64,000 nt of DNA from Gracilinanus agilis (Eukaryota), in assembly GCF_016433145.1 (NCBI RefSeq), contig NC_058130.1:406302524-406366523 (forward strand). The letters run 5' to 3'. The notes under the pieces are model-generated. The model did not search any database, was not told the origin of the DNA, and saw nothing but the letters and a program-made list of their open reading frames with translations. The position numbers and the translations under genes were made by a program. Position 1 is the stretch's first letter; each line of letters begins with the position of its first letter. This document shows, piece by piece, positions 12,405-25,066 of the stretch.

Positions 12405-12965
12405 ACGTCTAGTGCATTTAATTCAATCTGATTCAACATTTCAATTCAACAAATATATACTGCGGAGTATTAGTATAGAACTTGGGGCTCAGTGGATGAT
12501 CAGTCAGGGGCTTTGGCTGACACCTTGCTTTTTCTCACCTCTTGATCTTCTACCTGGAGAGCCCTCTCACTATCTCCACCTATTGAAACCCAACCTTCAA
12601 GTCTCAGTTAAAATATCACAACATCCTTAAAAAAGTTCCATGATCTCAATAAGAAACTATTTTTCCTTCCCTGGAAATCACTTCAATTCAACAAACATTT
12701 ATAAAGCACCAACTGCATACCAGAACCTATGGAGACACCCACAATTTAGCTAGGATACAGTCTTTGCCCTCATGGAAGTACCTTATACTCTAGTCGCTTG
12801 ATAAGACACCAAGAGTAGTCATTAGAACACATGCTGTTACTTGGCAATAGCCATGTCTGTCCTTAGACCTCTCCAAGCCCTTTGTCTCTTCTTTCTACAG
12901 TAAGCAGGTATTATTCTATAGCATAGTTATTTGGTCATCTGTTTGACGACCCCTACTAGACTGTG

Positions 12966-13210
12966 AGGAAATTAGGTGATGCAATGGATAGACTGCCAGA
13001 CCTAAAAGACTCATATTCCTGAGTTCAAATCCAGCCTCAGACACTTACTAGCTATGTGACTCTGGGCAATTCCCTTAGTCCTGTTTTTCCTCAGTTTCCT
13101 CCCCTGTAAAATGAGCTGGAGAAGGAAATGGTAAACCATCCCAGCATCTGGAGTAAACCACCCCAAATGGGTTCGTTAAGGGTGAGACACAACTGAAAGG
13201 TCTGAATGAC
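12966..13210 (+). mobile_element. MAR1 SINE (CORE + RTE/BovB-derived tail)
   Basis: CORE followed by GAGCTGGAGAAGGAAATGGTAAACCA..CCCCAAATGGG..GACACAACTGAA. Confidence 0.85.
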
Positions 13211-13339
13211 ACTAGACTAGTTCCTTAAGAGAAGGAAGTACGCTTTCTTTTCTTGGTATTTCTGACCCCACACATTGTTCTCTCTCCTCTATACACCTCA
13301 CCTTGCACAGTGCATAGAGTTACTGATGCTCTCTTTGAT

Positions 13340-13510
13340 ATGGTAACCCTTCAAAAACTAAAAGACTTGCCATGTCCTCCCTATGTCTTCTCTTGCCCAG
13401 GCTAGATATCTCCAGTTCCTTTGTATGGTATGGTTTCAGGTCCCTTTGTCATCCTAGGCAGGTTGCTTTAAACTCACTCCAGTTTGTCAATGTCCATCCT
13501 AGAAGGTGGC
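13340..13510 (-). mobile_element. CR1/L3 LINE fragment
   Basis: CCAGTTTGTCAATGTCC and ATGGTTTCAGGTCCC..CATCCT are the reverse complement of the CR1 segment encoding DIDKLE..QRRATRM. Confidence 0.65.
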
Positions 13511-13519
13511 CTCCCAGTT

Positions 13520-14078
13520 AGAAGGCTGTGTGGATTGAGAGCCAGGCCTAGAGACAGGAGGTCCTGGGTTCAAATCTTTTTTAAATTTTATTACTTAATT
13601 AATTTATAATATTTTCCCATGGTTACGTGATTCAAGTTCTTTTCCTTCCTTCCTCCCACCCTCTTCCCATAGGCAACGAGCAATTCCATTGGGTTTTACA
13701 TGTGTCATTGATCAAAATCTATTTCCATATTATTAATATTTGCATTAGGGTGATCATTTAGCTTCTACAACCTCAATCATGTCCCCATCAAACCATGTGA
13801 TCAAGCAGTTGTTTTTCTTCTGTGTTTCTACTCCCACAGTTTCTCTGGATGTGAATAGCATTCTTTCTCATAAGTCCCTCAGAATTGTACTGGATCATTG
13901 CATTGCTGCTGGTTGATAAGTCCTGGGTTCAAATTTGACCTCAGATACCTCCTAGCTGTATGATCTTGGGCAAGTCACAATCCCCATGACCTATTCCTTA
14001 CCATTCTTCTGTCTTTCAACTAACATACAGTATTGATTTTAAGAAGGAAGCTAAAGGTTTTAAAAATAAAATAAAATA
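13520..14078 (+). mobile_element. Opossum CORE-SINE interrupted by an L1
   Basis: SINE head at 13520-13575. CORE and tail resume at 13920 and end in (TAAAA)n. Confidence 0.85.
13576..13919 (-). mobile_element. 5'-truncated marsupial L1 (3' UTR)
   Basis: Recalled L1_Mdo 3' UTR blocks (GAGCAATTCCATTGGG; GGATCATTGCATTGCTG). 15-bp TSD GTCCTGGGTTCAAAT at 13561-13575 and 13920-13934. Confidence 0.85.
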
Positions 14079-15784
14079 AGATGTGCCCCCCCAAAATGAA
14101 CACAGTGGTCAGATATAGTCTGTGTAGGACATAGTACAATGGAATTCATTCTGTTACTACAATAAAAAATCATAGACTTTTTAATGGGGAGGGGAGTTAC
14201 TGTATGACACTAAAATCACTAAAATATGAATTTTTCATATGAACAGTTATCCAACAAGGTTTCTTTCATTCTGTATTTGAGCAGTTGATTTTTGGAATCT
14301 AGATGTATGATTTTACCTTTATTCCTATTAAATTTTATCTTAGTCAAATTGGCTCATTGTGTGTGTTCTGGTCTCCAACTTCTCAGAATTTACATTTTAG
14401 ATGAAAAAAACAAGACAAATGCCCAGGAAATAGAGAACAATACAGAGCAGAATATAATCTAGCGATAAATTAAATAGAATTAAGTGCCAAAATGAAGCCA
14501 ATGGTGACTGCAATGGGTGGCCAGATAGGATAGATGTTAGTGTGGATTTATTGGACTGACAGAGAAAGATTTCATGGAGAAGAGAGAATGGACAACGTAA
14601 GGATTCCCATAAAGGACAGGTAAGATTTAGTTAGATTGGTGAAGAGGGAATAGCAGAGAATTCTGAGTTGAGGGAATAACATGAACAATGGAAGAGGGGT
14701 AGAAAAGAATATGACAATTGCAGAGAACATAGGAAAAAACCAACTTTGCTTTAATGGAAGATTCACCCTGGGGGGGTGGGGAACCAACAAGATGTTTGGA
14801 CATCTGGGAGGAGGAGATAGATTAGGACTTTCGATTTTGAAGCATTTAAAAGTCATTGGATCACCAAATTTTAGATCCAAAAGGGAACTCCATGATTATC
14901 TGCCCAACCTCTTGGTTAACAAATGAAGAAAATGAGGCCTATATTGGAGTCACCCAAAGTCACCCACTATTAGTCAATGCCAGAACACAGACTGGAATCT
15001 AGGTCTCCCAACCTGATGAGGCATGATATATTGGAGTTGTAAAATAAAGAGATGTCTGGCAAAAGAAAGTTTCATTGAGTAAGAGGAGGAGGCCATGTGG
15101 TACAATAGTAGACTTCTAGATTTGGAGACAGGAAAATTTGGGTTCAAATCTTGCTTCAAGTACTTATTGGGTTGCGTGATTTGGGGACAAGTCACTTAAC
15201 CCAAGTGGGTCTTAGTTTGTTCATTTGTATCATGAGAGAATTGGTTCTCTGAGATCTCTTCTAGCTCTAAATCTATGAACCTATGTCCAAAAGCATGCTA
15301 TATTTTTCTGCATTCGCTTGGCACAATGTTTACACACAATGGCTGAATAATAAATGTTAATTGATTGGTCAACACTGGTAGGAAAAAAAAGAAGAAATTG
15401 GACTATTTTTAAAATTCACTTCTCCCTACAAGACTTTAAAAGGGGTCACAGCATATTTGAGACATTCCACTAATTCACTGGGTGTCTTTAGGCAAGTCAT
15501 TGCCATACTTCCCTCCAATGTTAAATGAGAGGATAAGATCGGATAATCTTGAAGGTCTCTACCAGCTCTAAAAGTCTGTGCAGTTATGAACCTAAGAATG
15601 ATAATCTAATTCATCAAAAATCAGAAGCCCATGAAGATTCCAATTCTAGTTCCACAGAAAATAGAGACAAATCCACCGAAGCTACAATGACACACTCCCA
15701 GGATACTAGTGGATATGGAAGTAAATGACCCATCCCCAGTCTTTTTTTATTAACATACTGCCCTCCTAGCCGATCAGAAAAAAG

Positions 15785-15819
15785 CTGATTGGTTCTGGCT
15801 GCCTCGTTTCCTTGGCAAC
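15785..15819. promoter_or_regulatory. Candidate RFX X-box with adjacent CCAAT (NF-Y) box
   Basis: GTTTCCTTGGCAAC at 15806-15819 and CTGATTGG at 15785-15792, in repeat-free DNA. Motif only. Confidence 0.35.
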
Positions 15820-18319
15820 GCTGAGAATTGAGTGAGGGAGGAATAGAGGCCAAGGTGGGAGGGGGGGAAGAGTCTCTGCAATAGAACTTAGTATTCCATG
15901 ACTTTAAATTCATTGTCTCCGTTTCTACCTCACAGCTGGACCTGTCCCTAGATGGAATAGGCATTCCCCTCCACATCATGTCATATGAGGGGCTAGAAAG
16001 GTTCACCAGTTTCCCTACCACCACCAAAAAAAAAAAAGAAAAGAAAAACCAAATCGTCATCCACTGTTCTGACACAGTGCTCGAGATTCCTACTGATAAT
16101 TGATCCCTCAGATTATTTTTTTAAGCATCCACAGTGGATTAAAAACTATGCTACAGGACAGGGAAAAGAGCAGGACTCGGGGAAATATTCATTGTGAAGG
16201 TATTTCTTGATGGCCCCTTTTAAGAAATAAATGTGACTTAGTAATTGTTGGTACTTAGTATCCAAAAAAGCAGTGAGCAGGACTCTGAGGGGAATGGATG
16301 TCCGGGACTCAGGAATGGGTACTTTCTAATAGAGGAAGCGGGGAGAGAGAGGGAGAGGAGACCTACGGGATAGGGTGCCTTCCAGGGAGGACAGCCCCAG
16401 CTGCTATATCCCAACGGGGAGGTCTGGACAGGCAAGAAACGACCTAAGAGACAAACTTTAAATCTGCAGATCTCTCCATCTCTCTCTTTCTTGCCTCCAT
16501 TTCCTCATCTGATAAAAGAGCATAAGAAAACTGTCCACTTACTTCAGGCCTCAGGAAGTAGAAGATGAAATTTAGGAAACGGTGCTTGAAATGTGTGCTC
16601 TAGGGATTAGGAGACATCACTCATAAGCTGTGTGATCTCTGAGAAATCACTTTGGTTCTATGGGACTCGGTATCCTCATTTGTAAAATGAGAGGATTAGC
16701 CAAATAGGCCTCTAGGGTCTCTTCCAGCTCTAGGGCTATTGTCCTAAAATCCCAAGCTCTGTGACCTTCAGTAAATTGCTTCCCCTCTCTGGGCCACAAT
16801 ATCTTCATCTGTAAAATGAGGGGGGGTTGGCTTAGCTGATCTCTAAGCTTCTGTTCAGTTCTAATATCCTATGGTTCTAGTTTTTTTCTGACTGAGACTG
16901 GGGAGGTTTGGACAGAGGAGAGGGGGTTCATTTTGGAGGGTATTGAGGTGGAAAGGACATACGGTCATCTGTATCCATGTCAGGCACTCGAAAATCAAAC
17001 ATAAAACCCCATGTGAAACACCCAAGACAGCCAGAGAAACAGTTTAATGATACATCATCTCCATTGCCCAGAGCTGCCAGAAATAGATGAGCTTTTTTTT
17101 GTAGGAGATGAACTATAATTTACCCCAACCGTTTTCCTGATTCCTGTCCTTCTCTCCCAAAGTTCTCACTTCAGAAAACACATTGGTTGCAAGAATAGCT
17201 CAAGTTCTTGACCCATGCTGAAAAAAAGGGGATTCATGACCAGGTAGGGATTGGACTAGATGGCCTGGAGGGTCTCTTCCCAACCCTGAGGCTCTATGAA
17301 CCTAGAAGACATCCCAGGGATCCCCCGAAGCCTAGAATTCTATCCCTGATAAGACACCAAGGAAAGAGAGGTGGGAGGGCAAGGCATCTGCTGACCTTCA
17401 GACTTCCCATATTTCCCTTGGCAGCATGGCATATAGCATTAAGAACATGAGATGGGGAGGCAGGAAAATCATCTTGGCTCTGTTGCAATTTGATTTTGGG
17501 GAAGCTGCTTTCCCTCTTTGGGCCTCATTTTCCTCATCCATAATAAGGAAAATGTTTTGTACTGTTAAAATGCTAAAGTACTATATAAATGTTAGTTATG
17601 AATTATTCTGTATACTATGAACTTAGCCCACAGTAATTAGAAGCAGTAAGTTAGAAAGGGAAGGGCAGCCAGAGGCTCTGTTAAGTTGTGGTAAAGCCCC
17701 CAAACTCAAACTGAAGTCTTCCCAGTCCAAATCCAGGATTCTTTTCACTATATTCCCGATAAGCAAGCTTGTTAGAAGTATTTGTAAACTGAGATTCAGA
17801 AGGTTCTGAATGAGTTCTGAGGGCCTCTCCCCAACAAATAAAAACTACATGAACTTTGGGGCAAGAACTTTGTGATATCTATTTCGTTAGCTCAGGGATT
17901 TTTTTAAACGTATTTCCAAACTGTTCTATGCTTCCCAGCTGTTTTCTGGATGGGTGGGTCACCAGAAGTCTGACTTCCAAATAAATGAGATATATTTTTC
18001 AACTCATCTACCATCTTTCAGAATTTCTTAAGTTTACTCCTCCTATGGAAAGGAACATTTTCTAAGAATTGTCCCAACACTAACTTTTCATTTGCCAAGA
18101 GTACTTTCTGGATTTACTAACCACATTCCTATTCCCCCTTTCCAAAATTACAGAATTAAAGAAGGGAACATAGACGTAATTAATACAACTCCATTCCTTT
18201 TGTCTTTGAGAAAAATATATTCTACCAAACTGAAGTAGGACCACAAAAAAATGAGAGGAAGGAGGGCCCCAGAGAGCAACCTTCTAGCCCACCTCCTTCA
18301 TCATCTTCACTGTTGTGTT

Positions 18320-18502
18320 ATCTATTGCTCAGTTTGGGTCTGACTCTTCCCAACCTCTTTGGGGGGTTTTCTTGGAGTGGTTTGCCATTTTCTTCTCCAG
18401 CTCATTTTACAGATGAGGAAACTGAGGCATAAAGGTTGAACAGCTGGGTTTGGACTCAGGAAGATGAGTCATCCTGAATCCAGGTCCAGCACTCTATCCA
18501 CT
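18320..18502 (-). mobile_element. MAR1 SINE
   Basis: GGTTTTCTTGGAGTGGTTTGCCATTTTCTTCTCCAGCTCATTTTACAGATGAGGAAACTGAGGC. Confidence 0.8.
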
Positions 18503-18796
18503 ATCTATCCTCTATCCACTATCTGTTCTTCAGTGTACAGAGGAGTATACCAGGACTGAAAAACTAAGTGACTAGACTGATTTTATAGAGTTGGAACTAA
18601 AAGCCAAGTTTTCTGCCTCTTGGTCCACTGCCTCACTATACAGTCTCCTAAGTTCATGAAATATTTCCCCAGATATCCCCCAAAACTGACCCTACCCTTT
18701 TTCTTGCCTTTCCTCCTTCAAATCCTCTATGACTTAGTCTTCTTTCCTAATGTCCCCCAGCCCCATTATCTTACCTGTTCTCAAGAAAGGCTCTTA

Positions 18797-18982
18797 GGGA
18801 CAGTTAGGTAGTACAGTGGATAGAGAGCCAGGCCAGGAAACAGGAGGTCCAGGGTTCAAACCTGGCCTCAGATACTTCCTAGTAGTATGACTCTGGGCAA
18901 GCCACTTAACCCCAATTGCCTACCCCTTACCACTCTTCTGCCTTAGAATCAATACTTAGTGGGTAAGGGTTTTCAAAAAAAA
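18797..18982 (+). mobile_element. Opossum CORE-SINE (SINE1_Mdo-like)
   Basis: Head, CORE, diagnostic tail and A run. Confidence 0.85.
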
Positions 18983-21980
18983 CAGAGGCTCATGTTGAAG
19001 AGATAGCATCAGAATAAAGGGTCTAGACTCAGAGAACCTGGTTTCAAATTCAGGCTTCTCCTTTTTCCCTCATGAGACCTTGTACAAGTCACTTCATTCC
19101 TCTGAGACTTGTATTCTAATTCCACAAAAATATGAAGTCAGGGTAAGGTTCCTTCCAGCTCTAAATCTTTTAAGGAATCCATACTTATCTCATATGACTT
19201 TTATTCCAGGAGAACATGCCATTTAAGCCAGAGTTGAGGAGAGGGATTTAGAATGTAGAAATGGACCTTCTTGGAAATTACACCCACAAACTGGAGAGCT
19301 GCTTCACCCACAATCCACTTCGGGGGCTGCAGGTGCAAAGACGATAATAACACAGGCACAGTGGCTGGCACATAAAAACATTTAATAGATGCTTGTTGAT
19401 TGTTTGCTTGATTTATCCCTGATGTCTAAGGTCAGAAAAATCTACTGCTGCAGCCTCTTTCTCCCTCGAGCCAAGGTGTTTCTCTGACAGTGGTGTTTGG
19501 CTGTCACTTTGAGAAATGTCCACATAGTAGGCATTTAGTAAACATCTGTTAGGGTAGGAAGCCTTAACTCTCTTTGAAGAGGTGGTCGGCAGGATCTAGC
19601 TATCTGCTTCCAGGGAGGAATTGCTACTTTTTCAGGAATGATCTTTCTGAAGTTCCAGAATCTGGGCTCTGGAGCTAGAATGGGGGATGCCACCTGCCTT
19701 AGCCATGCCCTGGAATGCTCAGTTGACACCTTCAGAATAAGCCCTAATTTGGGTTGGAGTGAGGGGCGAGGGAGGGAAGCTAGAGGGAAGAAGGAATTGC
19801 AGAGAAGGCCAATGTGACAGTGAAACATCTGAGGGAGAGAACCCTGGGAAAGAAACAGCCTGATTACTTTCAGGTTTCTAAATGGAGGATGCTGATGGGG
19901 CCAGGAATGGAGGAGCTTGGCTATACATCTCAGAGAATCTCATAAGCGCTGTAATCAAAGAGCTAAGAATCATTTATATAAGTAATTAGCGGGTTCATAA
20001 TGTGAAAGCAAATGCTGTTGAAGTGGTATTTAAGAAGAATAGTGGCCCTAACTAGGAAGCAAGGTACATGTTGCCCCTCTTTATGGTAAGCAGGAGCAGC
20101 TGAAGTTTACAGAGCGCTGCACATACATTATAGGAGCGAATCCTCCCAATAACCCATCAGCAAAGGTAGCATCATCTGCAACGGGCAGGAGGAGACCAAA
20201 GCTCAGACACCATCCAAGGATTCTAAGCCACAAGAGACTTCAGAGATTGTCTAGTCCAAGCCCCTTACTTTACAGAGGAGGAAACGAAGGTCCATGGAGG
20301 GGAAGGGATTTTTTGTCCCTTGTCCAAGGTCACCAAGGCAATAAGGAGCACCTTGGGGTGGGATGCTCTACCTAGTCTACATACTCCTCTCTTGGGACCT
20401 ACTCACCTTGGCTAAAGCTAGTGAGGAAAATCATAGACCCAGGCTTGAAGGCATCCTAGAGACCACTCTTCATTTTACAGAGAAGGAAACTGAGGTTTAG
20501 TCAAGATAGAGAACCTGTCACACAGTGAGCTCATAGCAGAACCATAATTAAAACTGTGATACCTTGATTTACCTCCAGAGCTCTCCCCATGAGGAAACAA
20601 GACCATAACAGAAGGAAGCCCTGGATTCAGGGTCTCAAGCATTAGGTACTAGTCTCAAGTCACACATTTATTCTGGATGTGGCCTTGGGTCATTCTTTCT
20701 TCTGTAGCCTTCTCATAGTATATCTATTCTCTAGCTCCCCAAAAGAAACCATCTGCTACAATTTTGGTTAATTGCTCGGAATTGTCAATATTTTTTGAGC
20801 ACCTACTATGCGTAAAAGTGTTTGTTCTGGGTGCTGGGAAGATTTGACTTTTTTTAATTGTTTAAGCCATTTGCAATGAGCACTTTAACACATTCATGCT
20901 AATAAGTTGTTTCGATTTTCTCAACTAAGAGAGTTAGATGATCTCTAAGGTTTCCTTCATCTAATGTTCTAGGGATCTGTGATCCTGAAGTTCTCACATA
21001 ACAAGTTTGATAGTTAATCATCAGATATTGGGACTCAGACAGATAGACAGATCTTGGAGCTCTTTTAATCTAACCATTTAATATCTAAATGAAGAAACAG
21101 TGGCCCAGAAAGTGAAATAGCTTGCCCAAGGTCTTACTGACAATTCATGGCAAGGACAAGGCTTGAACTCAGTTTTCCAAGGCTGGGAATCTGGTGCTCT
21201 TTCCAGCTTTTTCATGTGGGTAAGAGTTCTTCTAAACAAAGTTTGTTTTATTGCTAATGAAAAAAATGAGGCGTTTTAATGTAGGACAAATACAATCATA
21301 GAAAGCAAGCATAGCTCCCAAAAATTGTCTCAGTGATGGCAAAATGTTTGGAAATGGGGCTAGCTCTCAAGTTGTTGGTTTGCCTTTTTTTCCCCCAAGG
21401 CTCTCAAACTTCTGAGAATCAGAAAGCATCTGAATGAAGCAGAGGGAAATCCTAAAAGGAGACCATATCTTATTACAGTCCTGGAAATTCTCATTTAGCT
21501 TCAATTATATGGGGAAATGAACATAAATAAAGGGTAAACTAGAGGAAATCTGGCCTGGAGTTTGCTGCTTGCTGAAATGACTTGATTTCTTCAAAAGACA
21601 GGGAGGGAAATAGTGAAAGATGGGGGAGGTAGAACCAATATAGAAGTGAGTCAGGCTGTGTGGTCTAGTGGGATAAACACAAAGCTAGGAGACAAGAGAC
21701 CTTGGATCTAATCCTGGTTCTGCTACTAATTAGCTGTGTGATTTTGGGCAAGTCATTTGGCCTCTCTAGGCTTCACTTGTATAATGTAGATAATAATGAC
21801 AACCCAGCTTACCTCACAGGGGGATTGGGCAGAAGTAGGGACATAAGAGATGTTAAACCATTTTGCAGAGATCATAATGGCCACACAAAAGTCAGACATC
21901 TTTGAGTAGGGTAGGGGGATTAGCTACAGAAATAAAATGTCAAGGACTGATTTGGATTCGTGATTGCTTTATGACTCTAA

Positions 21981-22196
21981 AGCAGGGGTTGTTAACCTGG
22001 AGTTCGTGCACTCCAGGATAGATTTCAGGGAGTCTATCAACTTGGATAAGAAAAAAATTACATCTTAATTTCACTACCCTCTAATAGAATTTGAACATTT
22101 CCTTCCATTAAAATTTTTGTTAAATTATTCAGAGAAGTCCATAGGCTTCACCAGACTGCCAAAGAGATCCATGACACAGAATAGGTTAAGAATCTC
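21981..22196. mobile_element. Charlie1-derived hAT MITE
   Basis: TIRs CAGGGGTTGTTAACC and GGTTAAGAATCTCTG. Flanks CTCTAAAG and CTCTAGGG form a degenerate 8-bp TSD. Contains the CATAGGCTTCACCAGACTGCCAAAG block. Confidence 0.8.
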
Positions 22197-22203
22197 TGCT
22201 CTA

Positions 22204-22572
22204 GGGGCAACTAGGTGACTCAGTGGATAGAGTGTTAGGCATGGAGATGGGAGGTCCTGGGTTCAAATTTGACCTCAGGCATTGCCTATTTATGTGACTT
22301 TGGTTAAGTCACTGAACTCGAATTGCCTGGCCTTTACCACTCTTGTGCCTTAGAATCTATATTTAGATTATAGCTAGTGTGTATATATATATATATATGT
22401 ATATATATATAACATAGGTGTGTATATATAACATAGGCATATATATTACATAGGTGTGTATATTACATAGGTGTGTGTATATATTACATAGGTTATATAT
22501 ATATATTACATAGGTAAATAGCATATTATATTTAGTATTGATTCTGACAGAAGGTATGGGTTTAAAAAAAAA
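22204..22572 (+). mobile_element. Opossum CORE-SINE with a simple-repeat insertion in its tail
   Basis: The SINE tail is split by a 160-bp (TA)/(ACATAGG) repeat at 22367-22526. Confidence 0.8.
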
Positions 22573-22914
22573 TCCCTGCTCTAAAAAGTCAGGGTGAAGA
22601 TTACAAATTTAATGTGCATAATGTACCAAGGTGTAAACATTCAAGCTTTCATTTTATCATTTAAAAAACCCAAATTCCTTCACCTGATGTTCCATTGGCT
22701 ATCCCCAACCCACCTTGGTCTTCTCAAGTTCACTGCTTCCATTCCCATGTTCTTTGCTTTAGTCAAACTTACTATTCACCTGAAACTTTCCATCCTCTGC
22801 CTTTTTCTCCCTTCTACATTCCTCCTCCCTATAATGCCCTTTCTCCAACCAAATTCTACCCATCCTTCAGGCTCATGCTGTAGGAGACAGCTGGAGGCAA
22901 AAGTGAGAGCACTA

Positions 22915-23185
22915 TATTTTCTGGTTTTGTTTTTTAGTCATTCGGTCCTGCCTGACTCTCCATGACCCTATGGAACATAGCTGTCCATGGGGTTTTCTTG
23001 GGCAAGATCCTAGAGTGGTTTGCCATTTCCTTCTCCACTGAATCCAAGTGAATCTTTTTGTCAGGCAATCACAGGTTGAATGTCTTGCCCAGAGTCACAT
23101 AACCAGAAGTGTATGAGGTCATATTTGAACTCAGATCCTCCTTACTCCATGCCCAACACTATCCACTGGGCCATCTAGCTGCCTC
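22915..23185 (-). mobile_element. MAR1 SINE
   Basis: GTCCATGGGGTTTTCTTGG..GAGTGGTTTGCCATTTCCTTCTCC plus reverse CORE and head. Confidence 0.8.
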
Positions 23186-23209
23186 CTACATTTTCTATAT
23201 CAGGTCATA

Positions 23210-23450
23210 NNNNNNNNNNNNNNNNNNNNNNNNNNNNNNNNNNNNNNNNNNNNNNNNNNNNNNNNNNNNNNNNNNNNNNNNNNNNNNNNNNNNNNNNNNN
23301 NNNNNNNNNNNNNNNNNNNNNNNNNNNNNNNNNNNNNNNNNNNNNNNNNNNNNNNNNNNNNNNNNNNNNNNNNNNNNNNNNNNNNNNNNNNNNNNNNNNN
23401 NNNNNNNNNNNNNNNNNNNNNNNNNNNNNNNNNNNNNNNNNNNNNNNNNN
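23210..23450. other. Assembly gap (241 N)
   Basis: N run. Confidence 1.
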
Positions 23451-25014
23451 GTATTAACAATTTAGAATTTCAAAGCACTTGGACATCTTTTACAGTTTTA
23501 TCTGGAGGGCTACTGAAGACTTAGTTAATGGTTTAAATTTGAAAGCATTAAAAGATAACATGCTCCTTAAGGGCATGGATCATTTACATTTCTGTCTTCC
23601 ACCATGCCTGGGCATATAGAAGGCACTTAATAAATGTTTATTGTCTGGTTGATTTAACTCTAGGATGAGATTCAAAAGTCTTGGGTTCTAGTCTCACCTC
23701 TGACATTCTCTTGCTCTCCAACATTGGTCAAGCTACTTTAAACCTCTGGCCTCCAAATAACTCATTTGAGTGAAGCAGAATAAATTATCTATAAACTCTT
23801 TCCTAGCTGTAGCAGTCTAAGAGTTCTATAGAATCCAGCCTAAATCTCACTGCCTTACCTGATCTGATACAGACTCATCTCATGAATTATTATAACCTTA
23901 TGTGTGAGATCTCTTCAACTCATTTGAGTTCTTTTGAGTCTGGACCACGCCTTACACATTTTTGTAGTGCCTCACCACCACCCTGATACTTAGCACAATA
24001 TACTTAGGGAGTGTGCTTCCAGGTGAGGAAATAATCTTTACCAATGCAGGGCAGCACCTTCTCCATAGCTTACAGTCTTCCTCATTGCCTAGAACACTGA
24101 GAAGTTATGTGACTACACAATCAGAATGTGCCAGAGGTAGAAGGACTTAAACTAGAGTCTTCCTAATTCTGAAACCAAGATTTCCACCCATACCACACTG
24201 CCTCTAAATAAATACTGCTCAACAAATGCTGAATTTTTAAAAGGAAAACAAAAGAGAAAATTAGGAGGAAAAAGTAGGCTCCTTCTCAGGCAGCATCTCT
24301 CCCAGAAAGCTGCCCAGTGATAGATGTTCTCAGAAAGCTGACGAGAATGGAAAATATTTCACGGGCTTGCAGAAGACAGACTGACTCCATATGAAAGTAA
24401 ACCAAGCCCCCAAACTTGGAAGGAGAATTCTCCATCTGGGAGTGTATGATACTCTGGGTTTTATAGCAGGATTATGGCCTGGAAAATGCCTTCACCCACA
24501 TCACTGCTTTCTAGAGCTTTTTCAGATCACAGCTGCTGCCCAGGCCAGAGAGGGTAAGGTCCCTACGAGGTGTAATTTCAAGGGCTCTAGGAAGATGTCC
24601 TTGCCTACTCCCCCCTCCTAAAAAAACAAGACTGTCCCTTAAGGACTGAAATTCCATAGCTGAAGCTTTAGGATGTTAATGAAAATAAAGACTGGGTCAG
24701 CTGGAGAAAATGCAAATACCAAAAGAGGGACCAGTTTAAGCCATGGGTCAATATTGGGTCAATTACAACTGTGTGTGTCCAAAGTGGCATGCAACCCCCT
24801 TTTTCTTCAGCACATCTCCCCTATTCCTTCCCTCCCCTCAGACTCTTTTGGTCATCTCCTTCTGCGTTATCAAAAGTGGCAGGATTCCATGGAACAATCA
24901 CAGTCATAGATTTGTGCAGCTAGAAAAAGCCCTTGGAGATCTCCCAGTTCAAAGTTTTCATTTGACCCGTGAAAAAACTAGGGCTGGAGTCTGCAGTCAG
25001 TCTCTACTGGCCCA

Positions 25015-25015
<1 letters not shown>

Positions 25016-25064
<49 letters not shown>
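25016..25064. repeat. (CA)n microsatellite
   Basis: About 24 uninterrupted CA units. Confidence 0.98.

Positions 25065-25066
<2 letters not shown>

Noticed and set aside
15614-16075. 153-aa minus-strand ORF
   Set aside because: No recognisable domain, includes a poly-T-derived F run, and has no convincing splice or Kozak context.
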